DNA of 64,000 bases from Podarcis liolepis. Its lineage: Eukaryota. Below, piece after piece: positions 47,721 to 60,872 of this stretch (its first letter is position 1; the number at the start of each line of letters is the position of its first letter). The notes under the pieces are model-generated. The model was not told where the DNA came from, did not search any database, and was given only the letters and a program-made list of their open reading frames with translations. The position numbers and the translations under genes are program-made. The stretch lies in the NCBI GenBank assembly GCA_965112155.1, contig OZ218103.1. One strand, written 5' to 3'.

Positions 47721-49085
47721 CAGGGCAAGGGGCTTGGCTTACGACGGAGCCACCTAGTCAGTCCTCTTCCTTGCAACGAGGACTTGTGCTTTGGTGGGGG
47801 GACCGGCAAGGAAGAATAGCTTGTTTAGGATAATTGCTGTAGGATGGAGATAGCTAAGAAGCAGAGTCCCCATTAGGGTAGGTGGCTGCTCCCTCGTACC
47901 ATTTTCTGGGCATCTGGTTTCTCTTTGGGGTGGGGAGTGTGTGTGTGTATGGTTGAAGGGTACATACTTACTGTAAATATAGTGGGGTTTTAATGCGGCT
48001 TTTTGGCTCAAACCTGGTGTTCTGGCAGATAGCTTTGTTTCCCTTCATGGCAAGATGCTGGGGCGATGGAATAGATTGGTAGTATGGATTGGTGGGAAGA
48101 GTAAAAAAAAACATAAATGTGTCTTATTAATTTATGGCTGGCTTGGACTTGACTTTCTGACTGAGCAGGCAGGGTCACGAGTGTAGAGTATTGGAGGATT
48201 GATCTAAGGATGTGGTGTATTAATAGAATGGATGAGGGTACAGCGTGTGAAGAGATACTCCGATTGTAACTTGCTGTCAGAAAGGGCTTGCTGTGTGTGG
48301 ATTATGAAACTAGATGGGTTACTCAGAACCCTAAATTGCATTGTAGGTGATGTGTGTCATGCGATTTCATGGTAAATGAGCTGCTGCTGACTAACTCATA
48401 TCTTAAACATCACTTCCTTTCCAAATTTATTCTAATACAAAAGTTGGGTTGCTTATCCAAGAATGAGTGTCTTGTATTATGCTTCCTTCACACGTGAGAG
48501 TCTTCAAACTGTAACCGGGAGCGCCTTGAGACACTCCTGCAATAAACATTAGACGAAATTTTAGATTTTAGGCAATGTGGCTATCTGATGTCTCATGAGT
48601 AAAATTGTTTGGAACATACTTCAAAGGTTTAAACCTCTGTATTCAAAATTCCATTGGCTTCACAGGGTTAGGAGTATTAGATGTGCAACACTGTCTCTCA
48701 CTAATGTGACTGACCTTTGTGTTGCTAGCAACAACTGGTGCATGGCTCTTAATAATATTTTCTTTTGGTAACTGCTGTAGTTTGTTGAGATGGCTTGCTA
48801 CACATGTGGCTCTACGTGTAAATACAATACATAGGTTGCTAATGCACCTTCCACCCTGTCCCAAGCCATATGTTAGCAATTGTTTGGGAATAAAAGGAAC
48901 TAGATGGTGGGATGTGTCTGGCTTTCTTTATCCTAAAGATACAGTGAAATTATATCTTTAAAGACTGACAAACTGGTAGGTTTGAGGCTGCTTTATAATG
49001 CAAGGAGAATGGAACTTGGAACCTTGCTGCTCCACTCTGCTGCTTGCGTTCTTGTGAGCTAGCTGGTGAATTAAAGCATCCTGCA

Positions 49086-49102
49086 CACAGCAGAGGGCAG
49101 TA
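49086..49102 (+). promoter_or_regulatory. Candidate CTCF site in SLC41A1 intron 1
   Basis: ACAGCAGAGGGCAGTA resembles the CTCF core consensus; motif match only. Confidence 0.35.
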
Positions 49103-50610
49103 GTGTACATACACATTCATGCCGCTGTTGTGGATTTTATGGGTTTCCTACTTGTTGCAGGCAGAAGCTGTCAGGTTTCTGGCTTTAGGACTCAGAAATG
49201 CTATGCGTGTCCATCCTGATTGAGGAATGGCCCTGATGGTACAGCATGCTTGCCTGACTCTGTTTCAAGGGTGTTCATTGGTTGCAGTTGCATTGGCTCA
49301 CCAGCAATGAACAATTGTGTTTGTCCTCTGCATGGAACACATCTGTGCGCTATGTCCTGTGACTGTCAGGTGTGAAAATCTCAGACGGAATTTAATGTCG
49401 GAAGGGGAAATTGGATAGACATGGTGGTAACAGAGGAAACATAAGGGCCTCTTCCTTTGCAGCTGTTTTTATATTGATGTGTGTTTAGGGGGTTTTTTAA
49501 TTAAAAAAAACAACACCGGCATATAGAAGAACAGTAAAGCTATTGATGTATACACTAATACATGGGAGGGAGGGACTTTATGAATGAAAGAGTTATTCTT
49601 TAGTTGCCTAAAAATTGTATCATGCATTTTCCACTCTTCGTGTTTTAAGGTGAGAGCAGCGTGTTCCCTGAAGAGTCTGTAGAAGAATTTTCCGTTGCTA
49701 GCATTGGACAAGCTCACAGCATAAGCCTGTCTGGGATCTTCATGTTGCTTTAAATAAGAGCCTTCATTGCCGCATGTTGTAAGGTGAGAGATTTCCTTTC
49801 TGAGAAAAAGGGTGGTCCCTTCTCACAGCTCACTGATAGCCGGACTGTCTTGGGAAGAGTGTGAAGAGACAGTCGGAGAGGGTGAGAAGGCCAGCCTGGA
49901 GACCTGAACCAAGCCCTTCATAATTGGCTGGAATCTCATGAAATCAAGGCAACCCTGATTTTCATTCTGGAGAAGAGGAGGAAGAATTTTTCAAGCCTTC
50001 CAACTTTCTGGGTAGCAGGAACTGCCTAGGAAACTAAACTCGGCACTTACTCTGTATTTTTGTTTGTTTTAAAGCTAGAATCCAAATTTATCTCAAACTG
50101 TTTTTAAAGACTCTAATCTACAAAGTGGTTTTGCTGAAAAATCTCTTTTCCCCATCCACTTTAAAGAGCAGCTGAATTCGTTGTTGCATTAAGACCTGAG
50201 CTTGATATCAGGGTTTGAGAAGCTGATGCTCTGGAAACTTACAAACCAAAGAAACTAACAATTGCAGGCACTTTACATTTTGCACTGAGTGTGCCCCAAA
50301 GACTCTTGCCTTGAGAGAGAACTCCAGGGAAGGTTGAAGCAGAGCAGATTTGATCTCACCAGAATCTACTGCAGTGTCTCTGCTGGCTCTGTGGCTGGCG
50401 TCTCCCGTTCTGGATTGTGCTTGATGGGGGTTTTTGCTAGGGGAGCAGACCTTGCGGCTAAGGACAGAATTGTCGAACTGGAGGACTTGGAATATATATG
50501 TCGAAAGGCATATTGGCTTAACCCCCAAGCAAAAGACGTTCTCTCTGCTGGGTCCCTTCTGTAGTATATCAAGGGTTGAAGGCTGGAGACAGCCTGCATA
50601 ATCTTGCAAC

Positions 50611-50997
50611 ATGACCTCCAAGCTGGAACAAAAGGAAGCTCATCACACCAATGGCGTGGTGCTGCCCATTGTTGCTGGCCCTATAGACTGTCTCTCCAGT
50701 CCTGACCGAGAACATCTCGTTGAATCTTCCGAGTTTTTAGGGCCTGAAGAAGGAGGAGGTATCGAGGTGGTAGTGATAGAATCCCGAGCCAATGCCAAAG
50801 GGGTGCGTGAGGAAGATGCCCTGCTAGAGAATGGCAGTCAAACTACAGAGAGTGATGATACCAGCACAGACCGTGGCCCAGAACCAGCCTCTCCTCTAAA
50901 AGAGACCTCCTTTTCCATTGGGCTGCAAGTCCTCTTTCCTTTCCTGCTGGCAGGGTTTGGGACAGTAGCAGCTGGGATGGTCCTGGACATTGTGCAG
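50611..50997 (+). CDS. SLC41A1: SLC41A1 (MgtE-type Mg2+ transporter), first coding exon
   Basis: MTSKLEQKE...[23 protein letters not shown]...[34 protein letters not shown]; in-frame TAA at 50599 upstream; GTAAGA donor. Confidence 0.96.
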
Positions 50998-52227
50998 GTA
51001 AGACTAAAAGCCTTCAGCATGGAATGGGCTCAAAATTCTGTATCTGGACTAGTAACTTGCTTTATTGTTAGTGGCTTTTAAATCCCATGAGAGTGATTTG
51101 CTGCTCATTACTTTGGTGGGAGGCAGAGGTTTTCCATTAGAAACCATTATATATTTATTCCTCTCTCTTTTTCAGGCTCATCTTCCTTAGATTGCACATG
51201 TGAGAGGTAGAATAAGCCCCCCTCTTCTGGAAGCAATTAAAGTTTAGGTGGTCAATAGCAGTGTGACCCACTCTTTCTGTTCCTGAATCTGAATGCCTTT
51301 TAATCACCCAAGACCCATCTTTTTCTTATAAATCTCAGCTTTAAAGGAACATAAACTCTAAAACCCAGCCTCTGAATTGAAAAGAAACTTCTACTTCTTA
51401 GAGACGGAGTGTCAGGAATGTAAAGACATCTAGAGTTCTCCCAAAAGTTCAGACCCTAGAAAGTAAATACAATAGAGCCAAACCCAACACACACACCCAA
51501 AAATGTGAAGCGAACTTTTTAAAAAATGCACTTTTGGTGGTGTTTACAGAACTGATGAGCATATGTGTGCCTGAAGAGTTGCCAATCTGGGGAAAACTCA
51601 ACGAGCTGCAGTAAACGTTTTTAGCCGGGGGCCGAGACCTGTGATATTAATTGCTGGCAAATCCAATCGGCCGTTACCCAGTTAAAAGACTTGTTTAGCT
51701 AAGGGATGAAAATGTGTTCTCAGCTTTTGCATGTGGTCTGGCTTTGCCCAAATGCAGAATCTCCTTAATATATTTCTAAATAAATATTAGAAATGTAAGG
51801 CACAGTGGAGATATCCAATAGATATCTCTTGAAACACTAGCTGTCATGTGGAGCTTGCCTCCTCACTCTCAAATGACATTGCTGAGTTACTGGGATTACG
51901 GTGTCACTGGCCTCTGTGCCTGCAGTGCAGCTATCTGGCAGGTCATGTTAATGTTAAAGGCCGGGGCTCTCTCTCAATAGTCTTATCTGCCTCGTTTATG
52001 CAAGCCAGGTAGCACTTTGGACAGAATCCGACCCTACAGTTTCAAATTGCGGCTGCCTCCTGAAGTGACCGGGGTGACCTACTATCGCTTAACATTAAAC
52101 ATTCAGCTAAAAGAGCTTCTGCTTAAGCGCCTTGGTTTTAAACACTTCGTGAAATTTCAGTTTCATACCATTTCTGTGCTTTCAGGAGCTTAGAGGGAGT
52201 TGTCGTTGCTAGAAATTGAAATAAGAA

Positions 52228-52392
52228 AGCCAATGTGGTATAGCTGGACCTGGAAGAGCAGGGTTCAAATCCCCACTCAGCCAAGAAACTCACTGCTAAA
52301 CTTGGAGCAGTCACCTACCTCAATGGGTTGTTGTGAGGGGAAAAATGAGGAGGGTTAGAGTTCTGTTAGAGTTGATGGAAAGATGGGATATT
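52228..52392 (+). mobile_element. Old CORE/Squam3-like SINE remnant
   Basis: GGTTCAAATCCCCACTCAGCC B-box and CCTACCTCA...GGGTTGTTGTGAGG core. Confidence 0.55.
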
Positions 52393-52702
52393 AAAAAAAT
52401 TAACAGAGCATGGTGTAGCTTTGTAGCCAAATGTTCTTGCTCATCTTGACAAATTAGAACTGCACCGGTCATTAAACCTAATGAGATTCATGGGGGGCGG
52501 TGTTAATGTTTTGTTTTATGTTGATAACTTAAAAGTCCTGCTGGAGCAGGCCAGAGGCCCATCTAGTTTAACATCTTTCCTCACAGCGGCCACAAGCAGT
52601 CCAGAATGCAACAGCAGTTAACCCACATGATTTTCAGCAGCTGATACTCATGAGCTTACTGCCTCTGACATTAGAGGGAGAGCAATAGTTGCTGTTCTTT
52701 CT

Positions 52703-52832
52703 TAGAATCATAGAACTGTAGCGTTGGAAGAGACCCTGAGGATCATCTCGTCTAACCCCCTGCAGTGCAGGAATAAGCAGCTGTCCCATACAGGTATCGA
52801 ACCTGCAACCTTAGTTATCAGCGCCACACTCT
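52703..52832 (-). mobile_element. tRNA-derived SINE (Ile-like head) with CR1-type tail
   Basis: Minus strand: GCTGATAAC..AAGGTTGCAGGTTCGATACCTGTATGGGAC, then ATTCCTGCACTGCAGGGGGTT...TTCTATGATTCTA. Confidence 0.65.
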
Positions 52833-55098
52833 TTGTTGATAGCCGTTTATGTACTGCCTAAGTGTAGTTGGAGTGTGCTTCTCAAGATGGGGCTGTGTAA
52901 ATCTAAAACTCAGACCTGATCATTATTATACAACATCCTGGGTGTTTTGTTTCATTGGCAGCAGATGCAGTTTGGGTTGGGGAAGGGGCTCAGTCATGGC
53001 ATAAATGCACAAACTAATCAGGATTTCATTTTTTTCTCATGCAGCAGCAATATACACCTTCTAGTTTTTCAGTGTGTAGGGTGTTGGGCCTGTCTTTTAC
53101 CATCTATATAATAACAACTTCACGTGATATGTTTTAATGCAAGTTTTCATGCTGCTTGGATCATCATGAAAATATAATTCATAAGTGAGTGTGTGCATGA
53201 AATTAATACCCTACCAGCCTGAGCTTGGAGGACTTCCAGATCCAGTTGATGGAGTCTTTGGAAGAGTCCCAATACTGAGCCCAGATTGAGAAATCACATC
53301 CCTACCAAAGTGAATGTTAAAATTAATCCTAGGTCAATTTTTATTGGAATAGGTGCTAACTGATAAGATACAAGCTAGTGGGCATCTTACCTGTTAGCAA
53401 GTCAGCATTGTACTAGTTACCTTTTCTACCAGAGTGATTTCTTGGGGAAACTTTCTATACTGGACGTGATTCAGTCTTTTTCGGTGCTATCTAAGCTTCT
53501 CATTGGGAGTGGAGCAGTATATAGTGTGAAGTTTTCTTGCTTAGAAATAAGCATCTCTAAATGACTGTCATGCTTTAGAAAGTTGCATGCATCTGTGTTA
53601 CATGGGAACTAGTACAATACCAATATTCCAGCCTCCCTGCTCACAATGGAATTATACAAAAGCAAAATCTAAAACCATTGGACAATGTCCTAAGAATTTT
53701 TTTAAAAAGAGACTAATCTGCTTGTATTGGCCACCTTTCTTTGAAAGTCAAAGCTGTTAATACCTTCAGGCTTGGTTCATTCCCACTGGTATTTGGAAAG
53801 CACTCCCAGATTGTTCATAGCTCAGTGGGAAATTTGAACAACCACCAACTCCCCCACCCCCCAGAAATAAATAGGTCTTGAAAGTTAACAGCAGGAGCCT
53901 GTTGGCATCTCCCTAAATGCCAGTGTTGTCAAGTCTTACTCATGGAACCAGTCAATTTAATTTGTTTTTCCTTTGGGTGGTTCTTTTCCTTTGTGGTCTT
54001 TTTGAGTCTCTTGGTTCCCCAGCAGTTTGACACCCACACTTTTATTTCTCACCACCACCTGCAAAAACACATCTTCTTCTCTGGATCACTGAGATGCAGC
54101 TCTGTGGGGCTGGCTTGCCATCTTTTCCTTTGCTTTCATGAATCTTGAGTTGTGAAGACCTTTTTCTGGGTTAGGGATGAAATACTTTGCTGTCTGTTTC
54201 CTTGCTCCCAGGATTGTTCCCTTGTTGTCGTTTAGTCGTGTCCGACTCCTTGTGACCCCATGGACCAGAGCATGCCTGCTGTGAGCAAATATCTAACCCA
54301 GGAGTAGCCCCAGTCAGCATGGCCAACAGTTGCTGTTGAACATCATTTGGAGGTTGGCTACCCTGTTCTTGGAGCAAGCTGATCATTCTTTCTCTTTGAG
54401 GCTTTCAAGAAACAATTAGATAAGTCTATATCCTGGTGCAGCACTGTGTGCACTTGTTTCTTGAAACCACAGTTCCCGGAGTTATGTCATGAAACTATTG
54501 TACGCACAATTGCCTAGGGGTGGATTGTCACTGGCAGAGCATAGCAGTTCGGACTCTTTGGAGCCAGTGAGCAACTGTCTTTCTGCAAGTGATCAATTTT
54601 CCCCTTGCCCCTTTTAAAGGCCTCCAGGCATGCCTTGATACTGAACAAAGGACTGGGCTGCTGAAGAGGTGAGGGAAAAGTGAGAATTAAAATGGATGTG
54701 TATTTATACTGCTTGCTTGATCTTCAGTCTTAACCAGGGAGGATAAGAATAGTCACTATTCTACAGTAAAATGGTACACAGTGAGACGTGAAGGTGCAGA
54801 GGGCCAGGTCTGAAGAATGGGGGTGGGTGTTTTGTCCCCATTTGCTTTTGTTTTGCTTTCACATTTCCTTGTCTGCTAGCAAATGGCACAATAGCCAAAC
54901 AACTTTCCAAGGTAACAAGTGGCAGTTGTAAAGTGTCACATGAGCTGCCTATCAAATATACTTTTCCGCACTTTTCCCCCATATTCCAGTTTAACATACC
55001 CTTTATACAGAGGCCATGTGCTGAGACATGTATGTGGAATTTGGGGCATGGGGTTTGAGCTAGCTGCTTTGATCCCTAAACAGGACCAACTTTTTACC

Positions 55099-55238
55099 AG
55101 CTGGGATAGCTCAGTTGGTAGAGCATGAGACTTTTCATCTCAGGGTTGTGGGTTCTAGCCCCACATTGGACAAAAGATTCCTCCATTGCAGGGGGTTGAA
55201 CGAGGTGATCCTTGGGGTCACTTCCAACTCTACAATTC
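55099..55238 (+). mobile_element. tRNA-Lys-derived SINE with CR1-type tail
   Basis: GATAGCTCAGTTGGTAGAGCATGAGACTTTTCATCTCAGGGTTGTGGGTTCTAGCCCCAC head plus the tail shared with 52703, 11830, 29993, 58720 and 58982. Confidence 0.75.
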
Positions 55239-58200
55239 CAGTTTAGTTGATACCTATCATGCATGTGCAAAATGACCTTTTTCAAAAAAAAAGATTGGAC
55301 AGGGGAAAGGATCACTGGAAAGCTTATTAGGTTCGTATGGGAGAAGATGGTATTCTACATACCGTACTCAGGTCATTTAAAGATCACTTTGAATTGGACA
55401 TAGAAGGCAGTGAAGATGTTTTAATGCTGGGGAATATGGTCATGGTGTTGTCTTGGTGAACAGTCTATCATATTCTGCACCTCTTTTTGATATTTTCCAA
55501 AGGCACTCTTCACATAGTGTCTTAGAGCAGTTTAACCTAAATATAGTAGCGCATCAATAGTTGTCACCCATCCATCTGTCTCAGAAGAGATTCAGCTGGC
55601 ATTCTATTCATAACTGGTGGAAGGTATTGTGATCTCCAGGTGCCCTTGATAAATCCTTCAGCAATGTTGGATCCGAAAGCAACCCTCTAGTGAACCTGAT
55701 CTTTGTGAGGGGGATGCAGGCTCATCCAGAACATGTCAGATACCAATTCCATAGTCTGATAAAACGTCTGGAGCTGTGTGCGATGACGGAAGGTGTTGAG
55801 GGTGCTGTCATCTGCTTATTCAACCATTTGGCAGCATGTTGGCGCTTGGAGGCTTCCACCCTGCCACGTTTGGAATAAATAAACACTGTCATTTGTTTAT
55901 CAGATGTGCGATGCTAATGAAAGACTAAACATGCAAAGGCTTCAGGCGCAGCTGCTGTTCTTTTGAACCTGACCCTGTCCTCTTAAACTGCAAATGTGCC
56001 CTCTAATAATCCGAGTCAGGCGGCTCATTGCTTGCATTTAACATGGTTTCTCCTGGACAGCGAGGATTTCTACTGGAGGCGTCAAACTCATGTAGGGTTC
56101 TTCTTTTTCTTTTTTTGCTTCTGCCATTCATGGTGCCTTGATAAATATGAGATCAGCGTCTAATCTGTGCTTTGTTACATCCTTCGTCCCAACCTTATCA
56201 TCCATCTGTGGTCAGGCATTTTACAAGCAAACACCTGACACACCCCCCCCCCCCAAAAAAGCAGCTCAGGAAGATTACACTTCAAAATTAAAGCTTAAAT
56301 AGCTTTCTTCTTATCCCTTGCCCAAATATAAAGGTCTTGCATTGTTTCCAGAAAACACTCTGGCTAAAGCCTCTGGAAGAGGAATGGCATTCCAGAATGT
56401 GTGAGTTTCCACCAAGGATGCTTGTTTATATCTCAGCACTCATACAGCCTGATCCTATGAATGGTTACTGACTCCTACTGAACTCCTCACTTGTTTGTGC
56501 ATAGGATTTCAGTGTTGGGGTGTTATTTGCCTGACTAACAGGGATGTTCTTCTGAGAAGCTTTCATAGTGCACTCCCATATCGATCCTGTGTTTGTCAGT
56601 AGCCCATGACCAGTCATACAAAACTGCTTCTTTTATTTGCATCCCAACCTTCTTTCAAGGAGCTCAGAATGGTGAGCTTGGTGGGCCCACATGGTGTTTC
56701 CAAGCATATCCTTCCCCCTGTCAGAACTCACCAGACTCTGACCTGCTTTGCAGATCTCCTTTCTCTGTGGCCTGGTCCCAGCTGTTTACATCAAGATTCT
56801 ACTTATCTAATTGGCAAGGGCTACAAAGTTGAACTGCCATCCGATGACTGTAATTTTCTTCCTGCACTGCTTATAATGATTACTCATGGGAACTCGGCTG
56901 TAATAATGCGTTGCCTGAAGCAGAATAAATGCCACTCGTTTTTCTTTTCTTCCCTCCTTCATCCAAATATCAGTGCTTAAGGACAGGAGTGAAACCTTCC
57001 ATTCTTGGACTTCAAAAGGTGGCATTAATATGCCAGAAGACAATCTGGAAGACAGCGTAGAACTTCATTTGATCTTTAGATACTGAAGTTGCCGGGTGCT
57101 GTTGCATTTTAGGGGGTGGAACTTGAACTTCTGTGAATGGAAAGTGTTGAGAGCCAACCTGTGACTAAACTCTGGGTGGTAGCAGGGTAGTGAGAAGGTA
57201 TTTGACAAGTATGTATTGGAGAGCAGCAGTAGACCCATTCCCTTTCACAGCTAATGTGACTCTGATGTGACACTACAGCCCTTTGAATTTCAGTTCTCTT
57301 TAACTTCCCAAGCAGATAGTTTCAGGGCAGGCAGCTGCAACCTCGTAAGCCTCCCTAAGTGCTCCTACTGAGGGATTTTGTAGGTCCGGTCATTATATTA
57401 TAACCACACCTACTGCTCTGTTAGACCCCCCACACCCAGTCTCTAACAAACCCTGGCTACAAATTGTGGTGAAGGAGAAGAGACCTTAACCACAGTTCTG
57501 GGTTCAAATGACTTTCCAAGCCAAACCTTGGGTCAGTATCTGTACTGTCCATAGGAACTAAAAGGGTAATCTCTAAATTTAGCAATCTCTAATTATATAT
57601 ATTTTCTCGGATCCGTGAAATGTGTTCTAGGAACACATTGCACCCTTGTGAAGTTTAGAGTTCCAGAGTTCTAACGGAAAAAGCTAAAGGCAGAGTTGTT
57701 CAGAAAGTGGATCTTTTGAAGCCTGCAGCTTTTAAGTGCTGCGTAGAAACCCATCTGGCGCAGGATATGCTTGGATGGGTAAGAGATTCTAGGCTAGCAG
57801 GGGAGATGCTTTCACAGTAATAAATGTGAGATAATTGCAGACTTTTTCATCTGGCTAGCAACATGAAAGTACCAGCAAAGCAAACCTCTTTTTTTTCCTT
57901 TTGGCTATGCGGGAATTTATACAGGATGCCTTGGACTCCCATTGCAATGTAAGGGAAACATCTTGCATCTAATTTTTGTTTTTTTGGGGGGGGGGCATTA
58001 ATTGTGTTATCTATCATATGCCTGCTGGCTGAGATGTCTTCACATTGGAAATTTTAGGAGATCTCTTCCCCTTACATAAGAGGCTTAATGTTATAGGCTC
58101 CCTTTTTAGCGCTTTGATATCTCTTACCGAAGGACACTCTCTACTTGCAGCAATATTTACCCTCTGCAGGAGCCGGTAATATCCTGATCATGGTTCTAAA

Positions 58201-59679
58201 TACGCCAGTAGGTTTGGCCTTGCGTGTATTAAAAGGGAGTTGGCGTAAGTGAAGGCTCTTGTTTCCTTTCCTTGGAAAGAGCTTCTTCTCCCTTAGGGAA
58301 CATCCCTACTTGGATTGTATTCCCGCTGGATCCAGTTACAACTCCTAGTGGATCCTCTGCCTGCTCCAGCTTCAAGTGCAGGCACCAAGGAACCTGTCAG
58401 GAATATTAGAGAAAAATAACTTGATATTGTGATCCCCAAAGTCTCTGCTCCAGTGCCTAACTCATCGTTTTACTTAGTCTGACATGTTTTGAAAATGCTT
58501 CCTGCCTAAATTGCTTGTTCTTAAGCTTTGCTTCGTGGTTGAACTGTAGCCTATGAGCTGTGGAAAAATCGAGAGAGTGAAAATGAGTTACATTCACTCT
58601 CATATTAAGTTTCATACAGCTAACTTTTTCTGCCTGGAAAGAAACACTCTGCATTCTTATTTTTATCTCTGGACTCTTAGCTCATTGTTTTCTAATCAGT
58701 GTCTGCCAGTGTTGATCATGGAATCACAGAACTATAGAGTTGGAAAGGGGCCAGAGGGTCATCTAGTCCAACCCCCTGTGATGCAGAACCCTAACACAAT
58801 TTGATATGAGTTCACTTACTTTATTCCAATCTCCAGAAAAGTAAAGCAAGACCTTTAAGGGGTTTGGTTCGACTTGTATTGTTAATGCCACTTAACGCGA
58901 TGCAATGAACATACAGTGAAACTATCTTTGGTGCATCAAACTTTGGGGGTTATGGGTAGAAAACTCAAACATAACCTAAATTCATAGGATTGTACAGTCT
59001 GAAGGGGTCCCGAGGGTCATCTAGTCCAACCCCCTGCACTGCAGGAATCTTGCCCAGCTTTTGAAATGCCTTTGTACTTAAACACATGAAATAGTGGTAT
59101 TGGTATATGCTATCTTACCATACCTTGCTGGTTGTTTAACAATAAATTCTTAGAACGACATTAATTTTTATAAAGATCTTTCTCCCAAATAACCTGAGTA
59201 ATATTTTAATGTCCATATAATAGCCAGCAGGACCCACGCTGTGTGTTCCTTTATGGGTAATTCTCACATTTAGCTGAATGGTTAAGATCTTGCTCATTTG
59301 CAGTGTCTCTTATATTAGACTTGATTCTCTATCTACCGTGTCAAAAGTGTATATGAAACCCCATTGGCACCACTGGTAAGTTCTCCTCCCAATGCGAATA
59401 GCCCCTGCATAGGAAAGAGTTCCCTGAAGACTGTAGAAGGGGAAGAAAGCATTGCATTCTCTGTCTCCTGTGATCTCAATCACTAGCAGCCCATCACAGC
59501 AGCTGATGCGGGTTTTGCAAACCTGTACATCAAATTAATTTAATGCTTCACCTACTTTGACCCTGAGAGCAAAGAAGCTGTTAAGAAACAGGTCTAGGAG
59601 GTTTTGCAAAGGAGAGGCGCTTTCTTTCAAAGGCTGCCAAATACCGCCTTTTCTTCCTCTTTCCTAACACTTGTGGACA

Positions 59680-60022
59680 TCTAATGTTGGAAGATTCCAA
59701 ACAGGTAAAAGAAAATACTTTTCACACAGTGCAAGAGACCCACAGGAGACCATCTTGGAGGACTTAAAAAGTCTACTAGACAAATTCAGAGGGCTCAGAG
59801 AGGGCTATCGATGACTACTAGCCATGATGGCAATACTCAGGCTCTGTCTCCACAGCCAGGGGCCCCAGTAATGCTTCTGAATACCAGCTACTAGGAACCA
59901 CAGGAGGGAGGAGGACTCTTGCGCTCGGATCCTGTGTGTGATTTCCCACAGACATATATGAGAACAGGATGCTGAGCTAGATGGGCCATTGGCCTGATCC
60001 GGCGCAGTTCTTCTCATGTTCT
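59680..60022 (+). mobile_element. CR1 LINE 3' remnant
   Basis: End of ORF2 plus the 3' UTR shared with 5236-5410. Confidence 0.6.
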
Positions 60023-60330
60023 TAATTTGGACAATCCTGGGGATTTTCCTTAACCTTAAGTTTTCCTCAGCCTCAAATCCACCCTCACTCCACAAAGTGA
60101 ATATTGATAATTAGTGACTGGTTTCATGTACACAGAGTTTGCGGAATATCCAGTGAAGGAGCAGGCGCTTGCTATAGCCGTCTTGCACAGCTGCCTGCCA
60201 GTCACTCCTAAAAATAATCATTGAGGAAAATGGAGCTGCTTGGCTCCCGCCCACGACCTTAAAGGCGAAAAGCACCCTGAAGCACTGTTGTGGTTAAAGG
60301 AATATTTTCAGAGGCCCTTACTTTAGGCTG

Positions 60331-60476
60331 CAGTGGCGTAGCGTGGGGGGTGCAGGGGGGCCGGCCGCACCGGGCGCAACATCTGGGGGTTAGGGTTAGG
60401 GGGCGCAAATCCACGGGTTAGGGGGCGCAAATTACTTGCCTTGCCCCGGGTGCTGACAACCCACGCTACGCCACTG
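60331..60476. mobile_element. Young hAT MITE (146 bp) containing TTAGGG repeats
   Basis: Perfect 17-bp TIR CAGTGGCGTAGCGTGGG and perfect 8-bp TSD TTAGGCTG. Confidence 0.9.
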
Positions 60477-60872
60477 TTAGGCTGCAATCCTAGCCACACT
60501 TATTCAGGAGTAAGCCCCATTGAATTCAATAGGGTTTACTTCTGTGGTTAACCACTACTTTCTGTAAGTACCACAGTTTTTCCTCCCCGTATTCTATGCT
60601 TAATCTGTTACATTCTGAGAGCACAGTCAAGGCAGTTCCCACGTCTTACTGTATCTTCAGTTATCCCTTCAGGCTAGGATTTATGTGCACCACATAACCA
60701 TTACTGTGCAGTTTTTGTGAGACAAACCAGTTGTAATGTTAGATGCCTGTACCTTTTCAGGGGTATTTTGGGCAGGCTGTGTCATGTTTATAGGGAGGGA
60801 CTGTAGCTCGGTAGTTCAAGTCCAATGGACTTGAGCTAAATAAAACCAAAGGTTTGTACAAGGTGCAAGGCA

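Noticed and set aside
47195-47833. Several overlapping 95-159 aa ORFs in the CpG island
   Set aside because: Expected stop depletion in GC-rich DNA; mostly non-ATG starts with low-complexity R/A/P/G composition.
50208-50621. 137-aa antisense ORF over the SLC41A1 5' UTR
   Set aside because: No splice or promoter support and no recognisable motif; treated as chance.
55099-55172. Functional tRNA-Lys gene
   Set aside because: Mismatched acceptor stem, altered anticodon loop and T-loop, and fusion to a CR1-type tail indicate a SINE.
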